The notes under the pieces are model-generated. The model saw only the letters and a list, made by a program, of their open reading frames with translations. It had not been told where the DNA came from and searched no databases. This document shows, in pieces, positions 50,300 to 59,260 of a DNA stretch of 64,000 nt. The position numbers and the translations under genes are program-made. The stretch's first letter is position 1; the number at the start of each line of letters is the position of its first letter. The DNA comes from Candidatus Kapaibacterium sp. (GTDB lineage: Bacteria; Bacteroidota; Ignavibacteria; Kapaibacteriales; UBA2268), in assembly GCA_963664875.1 (NCBI GenBank), contig OY761611.1, positions 3,552,001-3,616,000 on the forward strand. Reading direction: 5' to 3'.

Positions 50300-50301
50300 C
50301 T

Positions 50302-51300
50302 ATGTTTACAGATATGAAATTTACTAATCCTGATATGTTTTGGCTGCTTATAGTGATTCCGTTACTATTGGTATGGAATTATTTCAGACGTCACAGAATG
50401 GTATCAGATATTAAAGTGTCAGACAGTTCCGCTTTTTCGCTTGCTGCGAAATCATGGAAAGTAAGATTGATGTGGTTGCCTATCCTTTTCAGGATGATTG
50501 CAATAGCACTTCTTATTACCATTTTGGCAGAGCCTCGTTCGAGCTCGGTGAGGAAAGATGTAGTAACTGAAGGTATAGATATAGTAATTTCTTTGGACGT
50601 TTCGGGTTCGATGCTTGCAGAGGATTTCAAGCCCAATAGATTAGAAGCTGCAAAAAAAACAGCAATTGATTTCATAGGGCAGAGGAGCAATGACAGGCTG
50701 GGTGTAGTGGTCTTTGCAGGGGAGAGTTTTACACAGTGCCCTCTGACTGTAGATCATGATGTACTCAAAAACATTGTTTCTAAGATAGAAACGGGCAAGC
50801 TCAAAAACGGAACTGCGATAGGTATGGGATTGGCTACAGCTGTAAGCAGACTTAAAGAAAGTAAGGCAAAAAGCAAAGTAGCAATCTTACTTACAGATGG
50901 TGTCAATAATACCGGAATTGTAACTCCCGAGACAGCTGCAGAAATAGCCGAAAAATTCAAAATCAGATGCTATACCATTGGGGTTGGTACAAACGGCACG
51001 GCTCCGGTGCCTGTGCAACATCCTATTTACGGCAAAACTTATCAGCAGGCTGAAGTGCAGATAGACGAAGACTTGCTTAAAGAAATATCTAAACGCACAG
51101 GAGGCAAGTATTTCAGAGCCACAAACAACAAGAGCTTAGAAGACATCTACAAAGAAATTGATAAACTCGAAAAAACTAAGATTGATGAAACATCTTATGA
51201 GCAGTTCGCAGAGGAGTATATGCCTTTTGCTATCGCTGCAGGTATTATGCTGTTGTTAGAATTTTTGCTGAACTACACAGTATTTCGCAAAAATCCGTAA
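50302..51300 (+). CDS. batA: BatA VWA-domain protein
   Basis: FTNP-TM N-terminus, DVSGSM MIDAS, GTAIG, LLTDG, TGGKYFRA. Confidence 0.9.
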   Translation: MFTDMKFTNPDMFWLLIVIPLLLVWNYFRRHRMVSDIKVSDSSAFSLAAKSWKVRLMWLPILFRMIAIALLITILAEPRSSSVRKDVVTEGIDIVISLDVSGSMLAEDFKPNRLEAAKKTAIDFIGQRSNDRLGVVVFAGESFTQCPLTVDHDVLKNIVSKIETGKLKNGTAIGMGLATAVSRLKESKAKSKVAILLTDGVNNTGIVTPETAAEIAEKFKIRCYTIGVGTNGTAPVPVQHPIYGKTYQQAEVQIDEDLLKEISKRTGGKYFRATNNKSLEDIYKEIDKLEKTKIDETSYEQFAEEYMPFAIAAGIMLLLEFLLNYTVFRKNP

Positions 51301-51345
51301 ACATATAAAACTTACTCGAAGTCAGCAAAATGACGCTAAGATTTG

Positions 51346-51377
51346 AAAGGGGAGAAGAACTGTTTTTTCTCCCTTTT
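51346..51377 (+). terminator. Intrinsic terminator after batA
   Basis: AAAGGGGAGAAG/TTTCTCCCTTTT stem. Confidence 0.65.
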
Positions 51378-51488
51378 GTTATTTTGGAGCTAAAAGTTAT
51401 TAGAAAAAGCAGTAAAAGATTATCTTGTTAATTGGGAGACTGTCGCTTATGTCAAAATTTATACTATTTTCTATGTAAGAAAAAGTAT

Positions 51489-51536
51489 AAAAATATTTCG
51501 CATTGGTTGGTTCTCCGTATTATAGAAAGCACTGAG
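51489..51536 (+). repeat. 48-bp direct repeat, left copy
   Basis: AAAAATATTTCGCATTGGTTGGTTCTCCGTATTATAGAAAGCACTGAG; one mismatch to 52296-52343. Confidence 0.92.
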
Positions 51537-51569
51537 ATTACTTTTAGTCCAATATTTCAATTAAATTTA

Positions 51570-52207
51570 CAGCCTGAAAGGCTGAAAGATATTAGCCAGG
51601 GGCATCGCCCCGGGACACCCAATACCAAACTACCGGAGCCCTGAAAGGGCGGCAAGATGGTCATATCCACAAATATCTTTCATCATATTTTACTCCTAAT
51701 TTGTCTAAGATGGCTTTGTATTCCTGTTTGAAATCTACACGTTTGTGATGTTCGACTTGATTTTCGATATAGTTTCGAATATCAGATATTTGAGATTTAT
51801 TTACTGAGAATACTCCATATCCGGCCTGCCAATAAAAAGTAGAATATTTTGCGTCCTGTTCTTTTATCCATCGTGAAGATTGTTTTTTGAGATTTTTAAC
51901 AAGTTCAACAATGCTAGTCTTTTTTGACAAAACACAAAGTATATGAATATGATCTTCATATCCTCCAATTGAGAGAGGGGTACAATTTAATCCATTGCAA
52001 ATTCCTCCTAGGTAAGAATGTAATCTGGCACTTAGATCATTTTTTATTATTTGTGCCCTGTCTTTTGTACTGAAAACAATGTGAATATATACTTCGGCTA
52101 AAGAGTGTGCCATACCATTTCTTCCCGCCCTTTCAGGGCTCTAATTATTTTGATGCCTTATACCCATGGCGTTGCCATGGGCTAATCTCTTTTGAGGCTT
52201 TCAGCCT
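51570..52207. mobile_element. IS200-like/REP-associated HUH element: tnpA flanked by inverted three-hairpin modules
   Basis: Modules at 51570-51652 and 52125-52207 are imperfect inverted copies (GCCCTGAAAGGGC; CCAGGGGC/GCCCCGG or CCCATGGC/GCCATGGG; CAGCCTGAAAGGCTG). Confidence 0.82.
51661..52113 (-). CDS. tnpA: Y1 HUH transposase (IS200/IS605 TnpA or RAYT-like)
   Basis: HIVFSTKDR, DHIH HUH motif, WQAGYGVFSV, catalytic YIENQ; no tnpB. Confidence 0.93.
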   Translation of the reverse strand: MAHSLAEVYIHIVFSTKDRAQIIKNDLSARLHSYLGGICNGLNCTPLSIGGYEDHIHILCVLSKKTSIVELVKNLKKQSSRWIKEQDAKYSTFYWQAGYGVFSVNKSQISDIRNYIENQVEHHKRVDFKQEYKAILDKLGVKYDERYLWI

Positions 52208-52295
52208 CTCTTTTTTGTCAATTCGTCAAACTATATATTTTTTTATAAAATTATAAATTCCATTTAAATAGCAGTGTAGATAAATAGTTAAATTG

Positions 52296-52343
52296 AAAAA
52301 TATTTCGCATTGGTTGGTTCTCCGTATTATAAAAAGCACTGAG
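52296..52343 (+). repeat. 48-bp direct repeat, right copy, overlapping a terminator hairpin (52333-52365)
   Basis: Matches 51489-51536; continues into AAGCACTGAG/CTCAGTGCTT stem. Confidence 0.92.
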
Positions 52344-52385
52344 TAGAATTAACTCCTCAGTGCTTAAAAAATAAACATATTTTTG

Positions 52386-52735
52386 CTATTTTGCAATAAT
52401 ATATTTGCCGCTGTTTACTTCTTTATCAGAAGATATTATGCTATAAACATAAGTACCGGATTTCAGCTTAGAAATATCAATATTTACAACTTGATATTTA
52501 CCGGTCAAATTTATGTCAGAACTAATTAGTTCCTGACCAAGTAAATTAAACACTTTAAATACTATATTTCCTGCTTGCGATTCTGCAATAGTAAGTGCAA
52601 GTTTATCAAATTCTTGTTTTACCTGATACATCATATAGAATTCAGTATCGTTAAGACGGATTCTTGGCTGACCTATTATATAAATTTTGACTTACCTTCA
52701 TCATAAGGCTTATATACATCCTCTTCTATCACACG
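52386..52735 (-). pseudogene. Truncated remnant of a T9SS cargo gene (C-terminal sorting domain only)
   Basis: VFNLLGQ..IDISKLKSGTYVYSI CTD with no signal peptide; upstream linker-like VIEEDVYKPY lies in another frame. Confidence 0.65.
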
Positions 52736-52922
52736 ATATCTAAGTTTTTCTTACATTTACGACTTGTATTCTTCTTCGTAAAAAAAGGACGTTACAAGTA
52801 TTTTTGAGTTCTAATGACAAATCAAGGATTTTCAGAATGACAATTCCTTATTAGTTTGCAAGCATTTTATCAAAACTTTTTGTATTTTTGTTTCAAATTC
52901 AAATATTTTATGGAGCTTACAG

Positions 52923-53426
52923 ATGAAAATATATAGATACCTGATTATGCTTTTTGTTTTGCTTGTAGCTTGCCAGGAGTCGCAGGTTTCCAAAGACGGA
53001 GTGGAACATACTTTGAGCAGCATTCGAGTGGAACCTGGCTTGTCTTGGTTCGACCTGCACTATAGAGAGTATGCACCTAATGATTCTATGTGTAACATTA
53101 TTAAAGATGTTTACGATCCTTCTGTTTATAGTGTTGTGATGTTTACTTCCTATTTATGTAATTGCGAAGACAATTCGACATATTTGCCTCATTTAGCTAA
53201 GATATTGACCTACTGCGACATACCTGATTCGAATATGAGGTTTTTCCTGATGACTTCTGTAGATAATGAAACACCATTTAAGGGGACAGTTGCAATAAAC
53301 GAATTCCCTGAAGCATACTTATTCAAAAATGGTGAGCCTGTTGCTTCGTTAATTGCTATCAGAGATACACTCGAATATTCACAAAGGACTTTCGAGAAAG
53401 CAATTTTGACTGCAATTTCTGAATAA
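52923..53426 (+). CDS. Lipoprotein, thioredoxin-like fold
   Basis: Lipobox LVAC; CNCED; INEFPEAYLFKNGEPV resembles the Trx cis-Pro region. Confidence 0.55.
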   Translation: MKIYRYLIMLFVLLVACQESQVSKDGVEHTLSSIRVEPGLSWFDLHYREYAPNDSMCNIIKDVYDPSVYSVVMFTSYLCNCEDNSTYLPHLAKILTYCDIPDSNMRFFLMTSVDNETPFKGTVAINEFPEAYLFKNGEPVASLIAIRDTLEYSQRTFEKAILTAISE

Positions 53427-53443
53427 GAAGACAGGAGACTTTT

Positions 53444-53851
53444 ATGAAATACTGGATAGCAAAATCTGACCCCGACTGTTACTCTTGGGACGATTTGAAA
53501 AGGGACAAAACAACTGATTGGGACGGAGTTCGCAACTATCAGGCACGAAACAATCTAAAAGAAATGAAAATCGGTGATTTGGTGCTTATTTATGCAAGCG
53601 TTACCACAAAAGATCTTGTTGGTATCGCTAAAGTATCCAAAGAGGCTTATCAGGATCCTACTACTGATGATGAGAGATGGGTTGCCGTTGAGTTGGAGGC
53701 TTTTGAAGATTTGGAAAAACCTATCAATCTTCAAAAAATAAAAGAGACTCCCGAATTGCAAAACATAGCCCTAATCAAACAATCGAGGTTGTCGGTTATG
53801 CCTGTAACCCGTGAAGAATTTGATAAAATTATTGAGATGTCCAAATCATAG
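53444..53851 (+). CDS. EVE domain protein
   Basis: YWIAKSDP, WDGVRNYQARN, SRLSVMPV. Confidence 0.95.
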   Translation: MKYWIAKSDPDCYSWDDLKRDKTTDWDGVRNYQARNNLKEMKIGDLVLIYASVTTKDLVGIAKVSKEAYQDPTTDDERWVAVELEAFEDLEKPINLQKIKETPELQNIALIKQSRLSVMPVTREEFDKIIEMSKS

Positions 53852-53862
53852 GTTTATTTTTG

Positions 53863-54882
53863 ATGGGAAAGAAAATAAAAGTCTGGTTTACAGATTTTTG
53901 GCTGAATTTTGACAAGGAAAACAACATCTTTATGGATTTACTTCGCGAACGCTATGAAGTGAAGCTCGACGAAAAGAACCCTGATTTTTTGTTTTTTTCT
54001 CTTTTTGGGATGAATCATATTTTCTATAAATGCACGCGTATTTTTTTCTCAGGAGAAAATATGCCGGCTGACATGAATAGATGCGATTATTCATTCTCTT
54101 TCGAAATGCCTAACGGAAATCCGAGGAAATACAGATTGCCACATTATTATCAGTTTGGCAGACCTGAATCATTATTAGAAAAACCTGACCCGAGGGAATT
54201 GCTAAAAGAGAAAACAAAATTTTGCAACTTCATATTTTCAAACCCAAGCTGCAAGAAACGAAATGAGTTCTTTCATAAGTTAAGCAAATATAAAAAGGTT
54301 GACTCTGCCGGAAGGTTTCTTAATAATATGGATAAGCCTCTCGGCATGCGTGTGGAAGATAAATGGGAATTTATGAAGCCTTACAAATTCTCAATTTGCT
54401 TCGAAAATGAAGAAGCAAACTACTACACCACAGAAAAGCCTTTTGAAGCTATGAAATTGAATAATATTCCGATTTATTGGGGCAATCCGAAAGTTGAGAT
54501 AGATTTTAATCCAAAAGCCATTTTAAATTGGTATGATTACGGTTCGGACGAAGCACTGATTGAAAAAATAATAGAATTGGATCAGGACGATGAGAAATAC
54601 ATAGAATTTATGTCTCAACCTTGGTTTGCAGATAATCAAATCAATGAATATGTCAACAGGGAAAATATACTTGCCCAAATAGATAAAATTATCAATGACA
54701 AAATAGAACCCGTAGCTGCAAAATCAGGAATATTCTCTTCAAACCCAATAGTCAGAAAAGCTACTTTACTATCAGAAAAAATCAAATTTTTCAGATTAAG
54801 AGTGTATATGCGGACTAAGTTTTGGTCATGGGAAAAAGCTAAAATGAAGCTGCAGAAAATAAGAAAAAATCAGAAATGGTAA
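53863..54882 (+). CDS. GT10 family alpha-1,3/4-fucosyltransferase-like protein
   Basis: FSGEN, FCNFIFSN, VDSAG, YKFSICFEN..YYTTEK, IPIYWG. Confidence 0.9.
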   Translation: MGKKIKVWFTDFWLNFDKENNIFMDLLRERYEVKLDEKNPDFLFFSLFGMNHIFYKCTRIFFSGENMPADMNRCDYSFSFEMPNGNPRKYRLPHYYQFGRPESLLEKPDPRELLKEKTKFCNFIFSNPSCKKRNEFFHKLSKYKKVDSAGRFLNNMDKPLGMRVEDKWEFMKPYKFSICFENEEANYYTTEKPFEAMKLNNIPIYWGNPKVEIDFNPKAILNWYDYGSDEALIEKIIELDQDDEKYIEFMSQPWFADNQINEYVNRENILAQIDKIINDKIEPVAAKSGIFSSNPIVRKATLLSEKIKFFRLRVYMRTKFWSWEKAKMKLQKIRKNQKW

Positions 54883-54886
54883 TAAA

Positions 54887-54925
54887 AAAACAGGGTATCA
54901 ATTCAAAAGATACCCTGTTTTGTTT
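54887..54925 (+). terminator. Intrinsic terminator
   Basis: AAAACAGGGTATC/GATACCCTGTTTT stem. Confidence 0.8.
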
Positions 54926-54941
54926 AATATAAAACGAAGAA

Positions 54942-55408
54942 AGTCTAATCCCAAATTCCTAATACAAACTTGAGTTTGTGGGAAAAAGGAGCTAACTTTT
55001 TGTCTATTTTTTTCTTTATAAATATCATTTAGTAGAAAAAAAATATATAATATCATAGTAAATAATTCTTGTATTGCCTATATATATTGCATCAGAACTT
55101 CATAATATAGAAATTTGTTTTCAGTAATTCCTTAATTAGATGTGCATCTTACGCTTAAACACTATATGAGGAGAGGAGACAAAGCGTTCTTTTTTCTTTT
55201 TCCCAAGGTCTCTGAGTTTGTCGAAGTGCCGTTTCTTTTGCTTTTTTATCGCAAAAAAAGACAAAGAAATGGAAAAAGTAACACCAATCTCTTTTTTTTA
55301 TCACCTGCAATGGAAAGTCTTACCGCCCCTACAGGGCTTTGTTTACTCAATACTTGCGACCGTCCCTTGGCGATTCCATGGGCTATTATCTATCAACCTT
55401 TCAGTCTG
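54942..55408. repeat. Dispersed repeat copy B plus a complete three-hairpin module (55323-55408)
   Basis: Colinear with 4951-5349; tail has the architecture of 52125-52207. Confidence 0.9.
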
Positions 55409-55587
55409 AAAATATATTCTTATTAACCTATTTTATTCGACTGCAACGTTTAACTAATAAACTCAATATGATTCAAAATAATAATAATTTTCTTCATATC
55501 GTTGTCTTTCATTCTAACAACTACTTCCTTGCAATTAGTTAGATGGAAAATGCCATTATAAAATTTGTAAAAGTAGTTTATATACAT

Positions 55588-55620
55588 AAAATCCCCGATA
55601 AAAATTTTACCAGGGATTAT
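55588..55620 (-). terminator. Intrinsic terminator
   Basis: Imperfect AATCCC/GGGATT stem downstream of the peptidase gene. Confidence 0.5.
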
Positions 55621-55677
55621 TTTAAAAATTAAATCTGTTACCTTATTTTAGGATGTTACATTTTTACAAGAATTATA

Positions 55678-57753
55678 TTATTTCTTGTTCCATCGTTCTA
55701 CTGATTTTTTGGTTTCTTCTATCATTGGCTCGATTGAAATTTCACTTCCAACAGCACCTTTCATCCACATTTGAGGGATGATTCTGCCCTGTACACACAT
55801 TCTTTCCATTTCTGTAGCAAGATTTTTATCTTTGATATATTGCTCTATTTGGAATTCTATCAAATGGCCGAGAGGGTAAGCAGATAGATAGAGAGGAATT
55901 TCTATCATGTGCGAATAAATCGCTAATATAGGGTTATCATTGATACCAAAGACAGGAGCATAGTAGCTGTTCCATACATCTTTTGCTATTTTGATTACTG
56001 CTTCTTTCAATTCTGCAGCGTTTGCATTAGGGTTGGCATATAACCATTTCCAAACTCTCATATCCACGACAGATACACCCATTATTTCATAGGCTGCCCA
56101 GAATTGATCCAATGTATTTAGCATTTCCTGGTCAGGGTTATTGTTTTTTATGCCGAGAAGCTCCAAATCTCTGTGTTGGAATATAAAAGCAAATGCCTCT
56201 GTAAATGCAGTGTTAGGCACACCATTTAGCAAGTACTCGTTTACATTATAGGTTGTGAAAGTTTGCTCGACATTGTGACCAAATTCATGGACAGCAATGT
56301 TGTAACCTTTGTAATCCATACCGTCTTTACCAAATCTTGTACGCAATCTGGATTTTTTACCTTTCATGGCAGTTCCGGCTGCATGACCTGCACCACGAGA
56401 TGCATCTACATGAATTTTGTCAGATAGATAAGTAGCTCTCTGAGCCGAAAATCCAAGCTTTTTGAGTATATTTGGCAAATCTTTTTGTAAAGCATCTGTG
56501 TTAGGATATTTCTTTTTAGTTATTTCGTTTAGCTTATCAAAATCAAGAGTAGATCTTGTTTTGAAACCGTCATACCAAATATCAAATGGCTGCAAGTCTC
56601 TTCCAAGTCTTTCTTTTATGATATTAGCCACATCTTTCACTACCGGAGAAGAAATGAAATCAACAAAAAGCTTTTCCACATCTTCCTGTGGTATTTCCAT
56701 AGCACCGGAAAATCTTCTTTCAATATATGTAGGAGTAACAGGAGTAAACTCGTCAACTCTTTTTATAGCTTTGAAATTGTTAAGTAATATCTGGTAGCGA
56801 GTGTTTGGTTCCGGATTTACTTCGACTTTTTTATCATCTTTTTTGACTTCATTGCTAAACGGATTCCAAGTATAATCGCTTGAATTGATAACAACTTCAG
56901 GAATTTCCTGAGTAATAATTCTTTCCATTACTTTAGCAACCATTTTTTGCTTTTCAAGACCATCTTTTTCGGCATAAAGTGATTTAATTTCGTCGCGTAA
57001 GTTCCAGTGAGTGATTAGAGACATATCTTCCGGGAAAAGCTGCTCGCCTTTGTCATTGCGTAGATAGCCCATTTTGATATTGTAGGAGGAAATGTAAGCA
57101 TCTGCATCTGCCATAGCGGTAGTCTGAGCCTGATTGAGCTCTGCAGGTATTCTGTCTGTAAACAAGTCACCAACTCTTGCATAGGCCCACTGCTTGCGAT
57201 TCCAATTAGTGCCAAGTTCTGTTTTTTCCTGCAGTGTATAAGTAGGGAAGTTTAGCAAAACCTGGAAAGCAATCTTGTTATCAAAGAAATCAGAAGTAAT
57301 ATGAGCGTAAGGATCCCATGCAGAAAATGCGAGGTCAAGTTTACCAAATTCGCCAATTTCTAATTGGACAGGTCTTGCCACATCTAACCTAATTTCATTG
57401 AGGTAGCCGTAAATAGTTTCAAGATTAGTAGAAATGGTATTGTACATCATATCGAGCTGTTTGTCTTCCGCTATGAAATTTTCAATACAAAACTGCTGAA
57501 ATTGCTCAGGAGTGCCATCAGTAGATCTCCAAAGTCTTGCCACTTGGCTGACACCTTTTTCTATTCTTGCAATATTTTTTTCGCCGTATTTTTCGATTAG
57601 TTGGTTTACAGCAAATTTTACAGAAGCATCGTCAATTTTCACAACCTCAACCTCTTTGACAATTTTAGTACCATGGAAAGATTTGTCTGTATTTGAACAA
57701 CTGCCTAATATTAGCATCCCGCCAACAGCCATAACTGCTAATGCTTTTTTCAT
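55678..57753 (-). CDS. Lipoprotein, putative gluzincin (M3/M32-like) zinc peptidase
   Basis: Lipobox LGSC; HEFGH followed by NTAFTEA third-ligand motif. Confidence 0.7.
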   Translation of the reverse strand: MKKALAVMAVGGMLILGSCSNTDKSFHGTKIVKEVEVVKIDDASVKFAVNQLIEKYGEKNIARIEKGVSQVARLWRSTDGTPEQFQQFCIENFIAEDKQLDMMYNTISTNLETIYGYLNEIRLDVARPVQLEIGEFGKLDLAFSAWDPYAHITSDFFDNKIAFQVLLNFPTYTLQEKTELGTNWNRKQWAYARVGDLFTDRIPAELNQAQTTAMADADAYISSYNIKMGYLRNDKGEQLFPEDMSLITHWNLRDEIKSLYAEKDGLEKQKMVAKVMERIITQEIPEVVINSSDYTWNPFSNEVKKDDKKVEVNPEPNTRYQILLNNFKAIKRVDEFTPVTPTYIERRFSGAMEIPQEDVEKLFVDFISSPVVKDVANIIKERLGRDLQPFDIWYDGFKTRSTLDFDKLNEITKKKYPNTDALQKDLPNILKKLGFSAQRATYLSDKIHVDASRGAGHAAGTAMKGKKSRLRTRFGKDGMDYKGYNIAVHEFGHNVEQTFTTYNVNEYLLNGVPNTAFTEAFAFIFQHRDLELLGIKNNNPDQEMLNTLDQFWAAYEIMGVSVVDMRVWKWLYANPNANAAELKEAVIKIAKDVWNSYYAPVFGINDNPILAIYSHMIEIPLYLSAYPLGHLIEFQIEQYIKDKNLATEMERMCVQGRIIPQMWMKGAVGSEISIEPMIEETKKSVERWNKK

Positions 57754-57837
57754 TATGTTCTCCATTGATATAGTAAACTATTATTTATCCGGCTTATCTA
57801 AGTTTATAAAATACATAAAAAAAACCGAAAATTGCAC

Positions 57838-57881
57838 AAAAAAAGCCTAGAAACTGATATAATACTATCAGTTTCTAGGCT
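57838..57881 (-). terminator. Intrinsic terminator with a perfect 16-bp stem
   Basis: AGCCTAGAAACTGATA/TATCAGTTTCTAGGCT; T-run on the minus strand. Confidence 0.8.
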
Positions 57882-57909
57882 ATCTAAATACTATTCTTAT
57901 TAGAATAAA

Positions 57910-58272
57910 TTAGAAAGATTCGTCTGCAAATAAAGCAACAACATCTTCTGCTCTGATATTAGCCTGAGCTTGAGATGCATACTTTTTGAAAAGCGGAGTT
58001 TTGATAAAATTCAACTCAATAAGTGCTTCATCAAAAGACTCTATAGGAGCATTAGCAGCTAAATCCAAAGGATGAGAGTTGTCTTTGACAAGCGAGCTTT
58101 CTATGCTGTCTAAAGCATCTAAAAGTATATTTTTTTGCCATGTTTCGTTTGTTTTTTCATTGGCAAGAGTAACTTTCTCGTTGTTGTCCGCTACTTTTTT
58201 CGCATCTATTTTTGCAGGTGCAAAAGGTTCGTAGTTTGCAACTCCACTTGTTCTGATTTCGGATATGTTCAT
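57910..58272 (-). CDS. Small hypothetical protein with flagellin-like C-terminal tail
   Basis: GGGGGA SD before MNISEIR; ends ASQAQANIRAEDVVALF; ORF open from 58374. Confidence 0.6.
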   Translation of the reverse strand: MNISEIRTSGVANYEPFAPAKIDAKKVADNNEKVTLANEKTNETWQKNILLDALDSIESSLVKDNSHPLDLAANAPIESFDEALIELNFIKTPLFKKYASQAQANIRAEDVVALFADESF

Positions 58273-58344
58273 TAGTTTATCCCCCAAAGATATATTCATA
58301 CTATTATTCATATTTATCACTTTTAACGTCTTTAGAGCTATAGT

Positions 58345-58361
58345 TACAATTAGCATACCAA
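58345..58361 (-). promoter_or_regulatory. Candidate sigma54 promoter
   Basis: TTGGTATGCTAATTGTA is GG-N10-GT, close to TGGCAC-N5-TTGC. Confidence 0.4.
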
Positions 58362-58506
58362 AATCCGGAGACAACGAAATTTGACTAGTAAATAAAAAAA
58401 GCTTTGGAATTGATTACTATTATATTATTTTGACTATAGCTTCGTCAGATTAAGAAACAGACAAAGTAATTTAAGTTTATCAAATGTTTGGATCAAGGGT
58501 AGTGCT

Positions 58507-59052
58507 ATGAAAACTATACTTTTCGCAATCGCAACCACAGCAATAATCTTTTTGTCCTCATGTAAACCTGAACAGGAATTTTTGTCACCTGAGCAGATTT
58601 TAAAGGAAAAAGAAGCTGTGCAAAATGTAATTAAAACTTATAACGATGCTTCAGAAGACAGAAACTTTGCAAAAATTGTTGAAACTTTAGCAGAAGAAGT
58701 AAAATTCTTTGGTACAGATTCTGCAGAAATTATCACTACGTTCCCACAGTTCAAAGAAGCAATTCAGTTGCAATGGGACGAATACGAAAGAATAAACTAC
58801 GGGCACATGCAGGATGTCTTTATTGATATGGATCCTAATGGACAGCTTGCAACTATTATGTATGGTCAGCCTGTAGATCTATTCAAAAACGGAGTGCATA
58901 AGCACGTATATGTAAGAGTCCAAAGAACACTGAAAAAACAAAAAGGCAACTGGTTGATTTATAGTGGCATCATGGGCTTGGCAAATAATACAAAAATTAT
59001 TCCTGATCAGATGCAAGAGGAAACTCCGGCAGAAACAACAGAAACAAAATAA
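58507..59052 (+). CDS. NTF2/SnoaL-like lipoprotein
   Basis: Lipobox LSSC; FFGTDSAE, RVQRTLKKQKGNWLI. Confidence 0.75.
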   Translation: MKTILFAIATTAIIFLSSCKPEQEFLSPEQILKEKEAVQNVIKTYNDASEDRNFAKIVETLAEEVKFFGTDSAEIITTFPQFKEAIQLQWDEYERINYGHMQDVFIDMDPNGQLATIMYGQPVDLFKNGVHKHVYVRVQRTLKKQKGNWLIYSGIMGLANNTKIIPDQMQEETPAETTETK

Positions 59053-59075
59053 TTTTTTGCTAAAAATATCTGAAA

Positions 59076-59113
59076 CAAAAGATACTCCTTTAGAAGTAAG
59101 GGAGTATCTTTTG
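59076..59113 (+). terminator. Intrinsic terminator
   Basis: CAAAAGATACTCCTT/AGGGAGTATCTTTTG stem. Confidence 0.8.
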
Positions 59114-59260
59114 CGTTTTAATGTCTATAATATAGTACATAAAAGTTAGAATGAGTATTTTACGCTAAACCAATTTTTGCATAATCCGTAATTATGCTAT
59201 ATTGCTATATGATTTAAACGCATAATTACACATTATTAAATATAGGAAGGTTATAAGATA

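Noticed and set aside
55142-55542. Short ORFs (94, 63 and 67 aa) within repeat copy B, and the similar 70-aa ORF at 51432-51644
   Set aside because: Reading frames are not preserved in copy A and they run through palindromic repeats; treated as spurious.
59174-59202. dif-like site TTTTTGCATAA-TCCGTAA-TTATGCTATAT upstream of pepT
   Set aside because: Spacer is 7 bp rather than 6 and the XerD arm has two mismatches; more likely an operator or a chance AT-rich palindrome.
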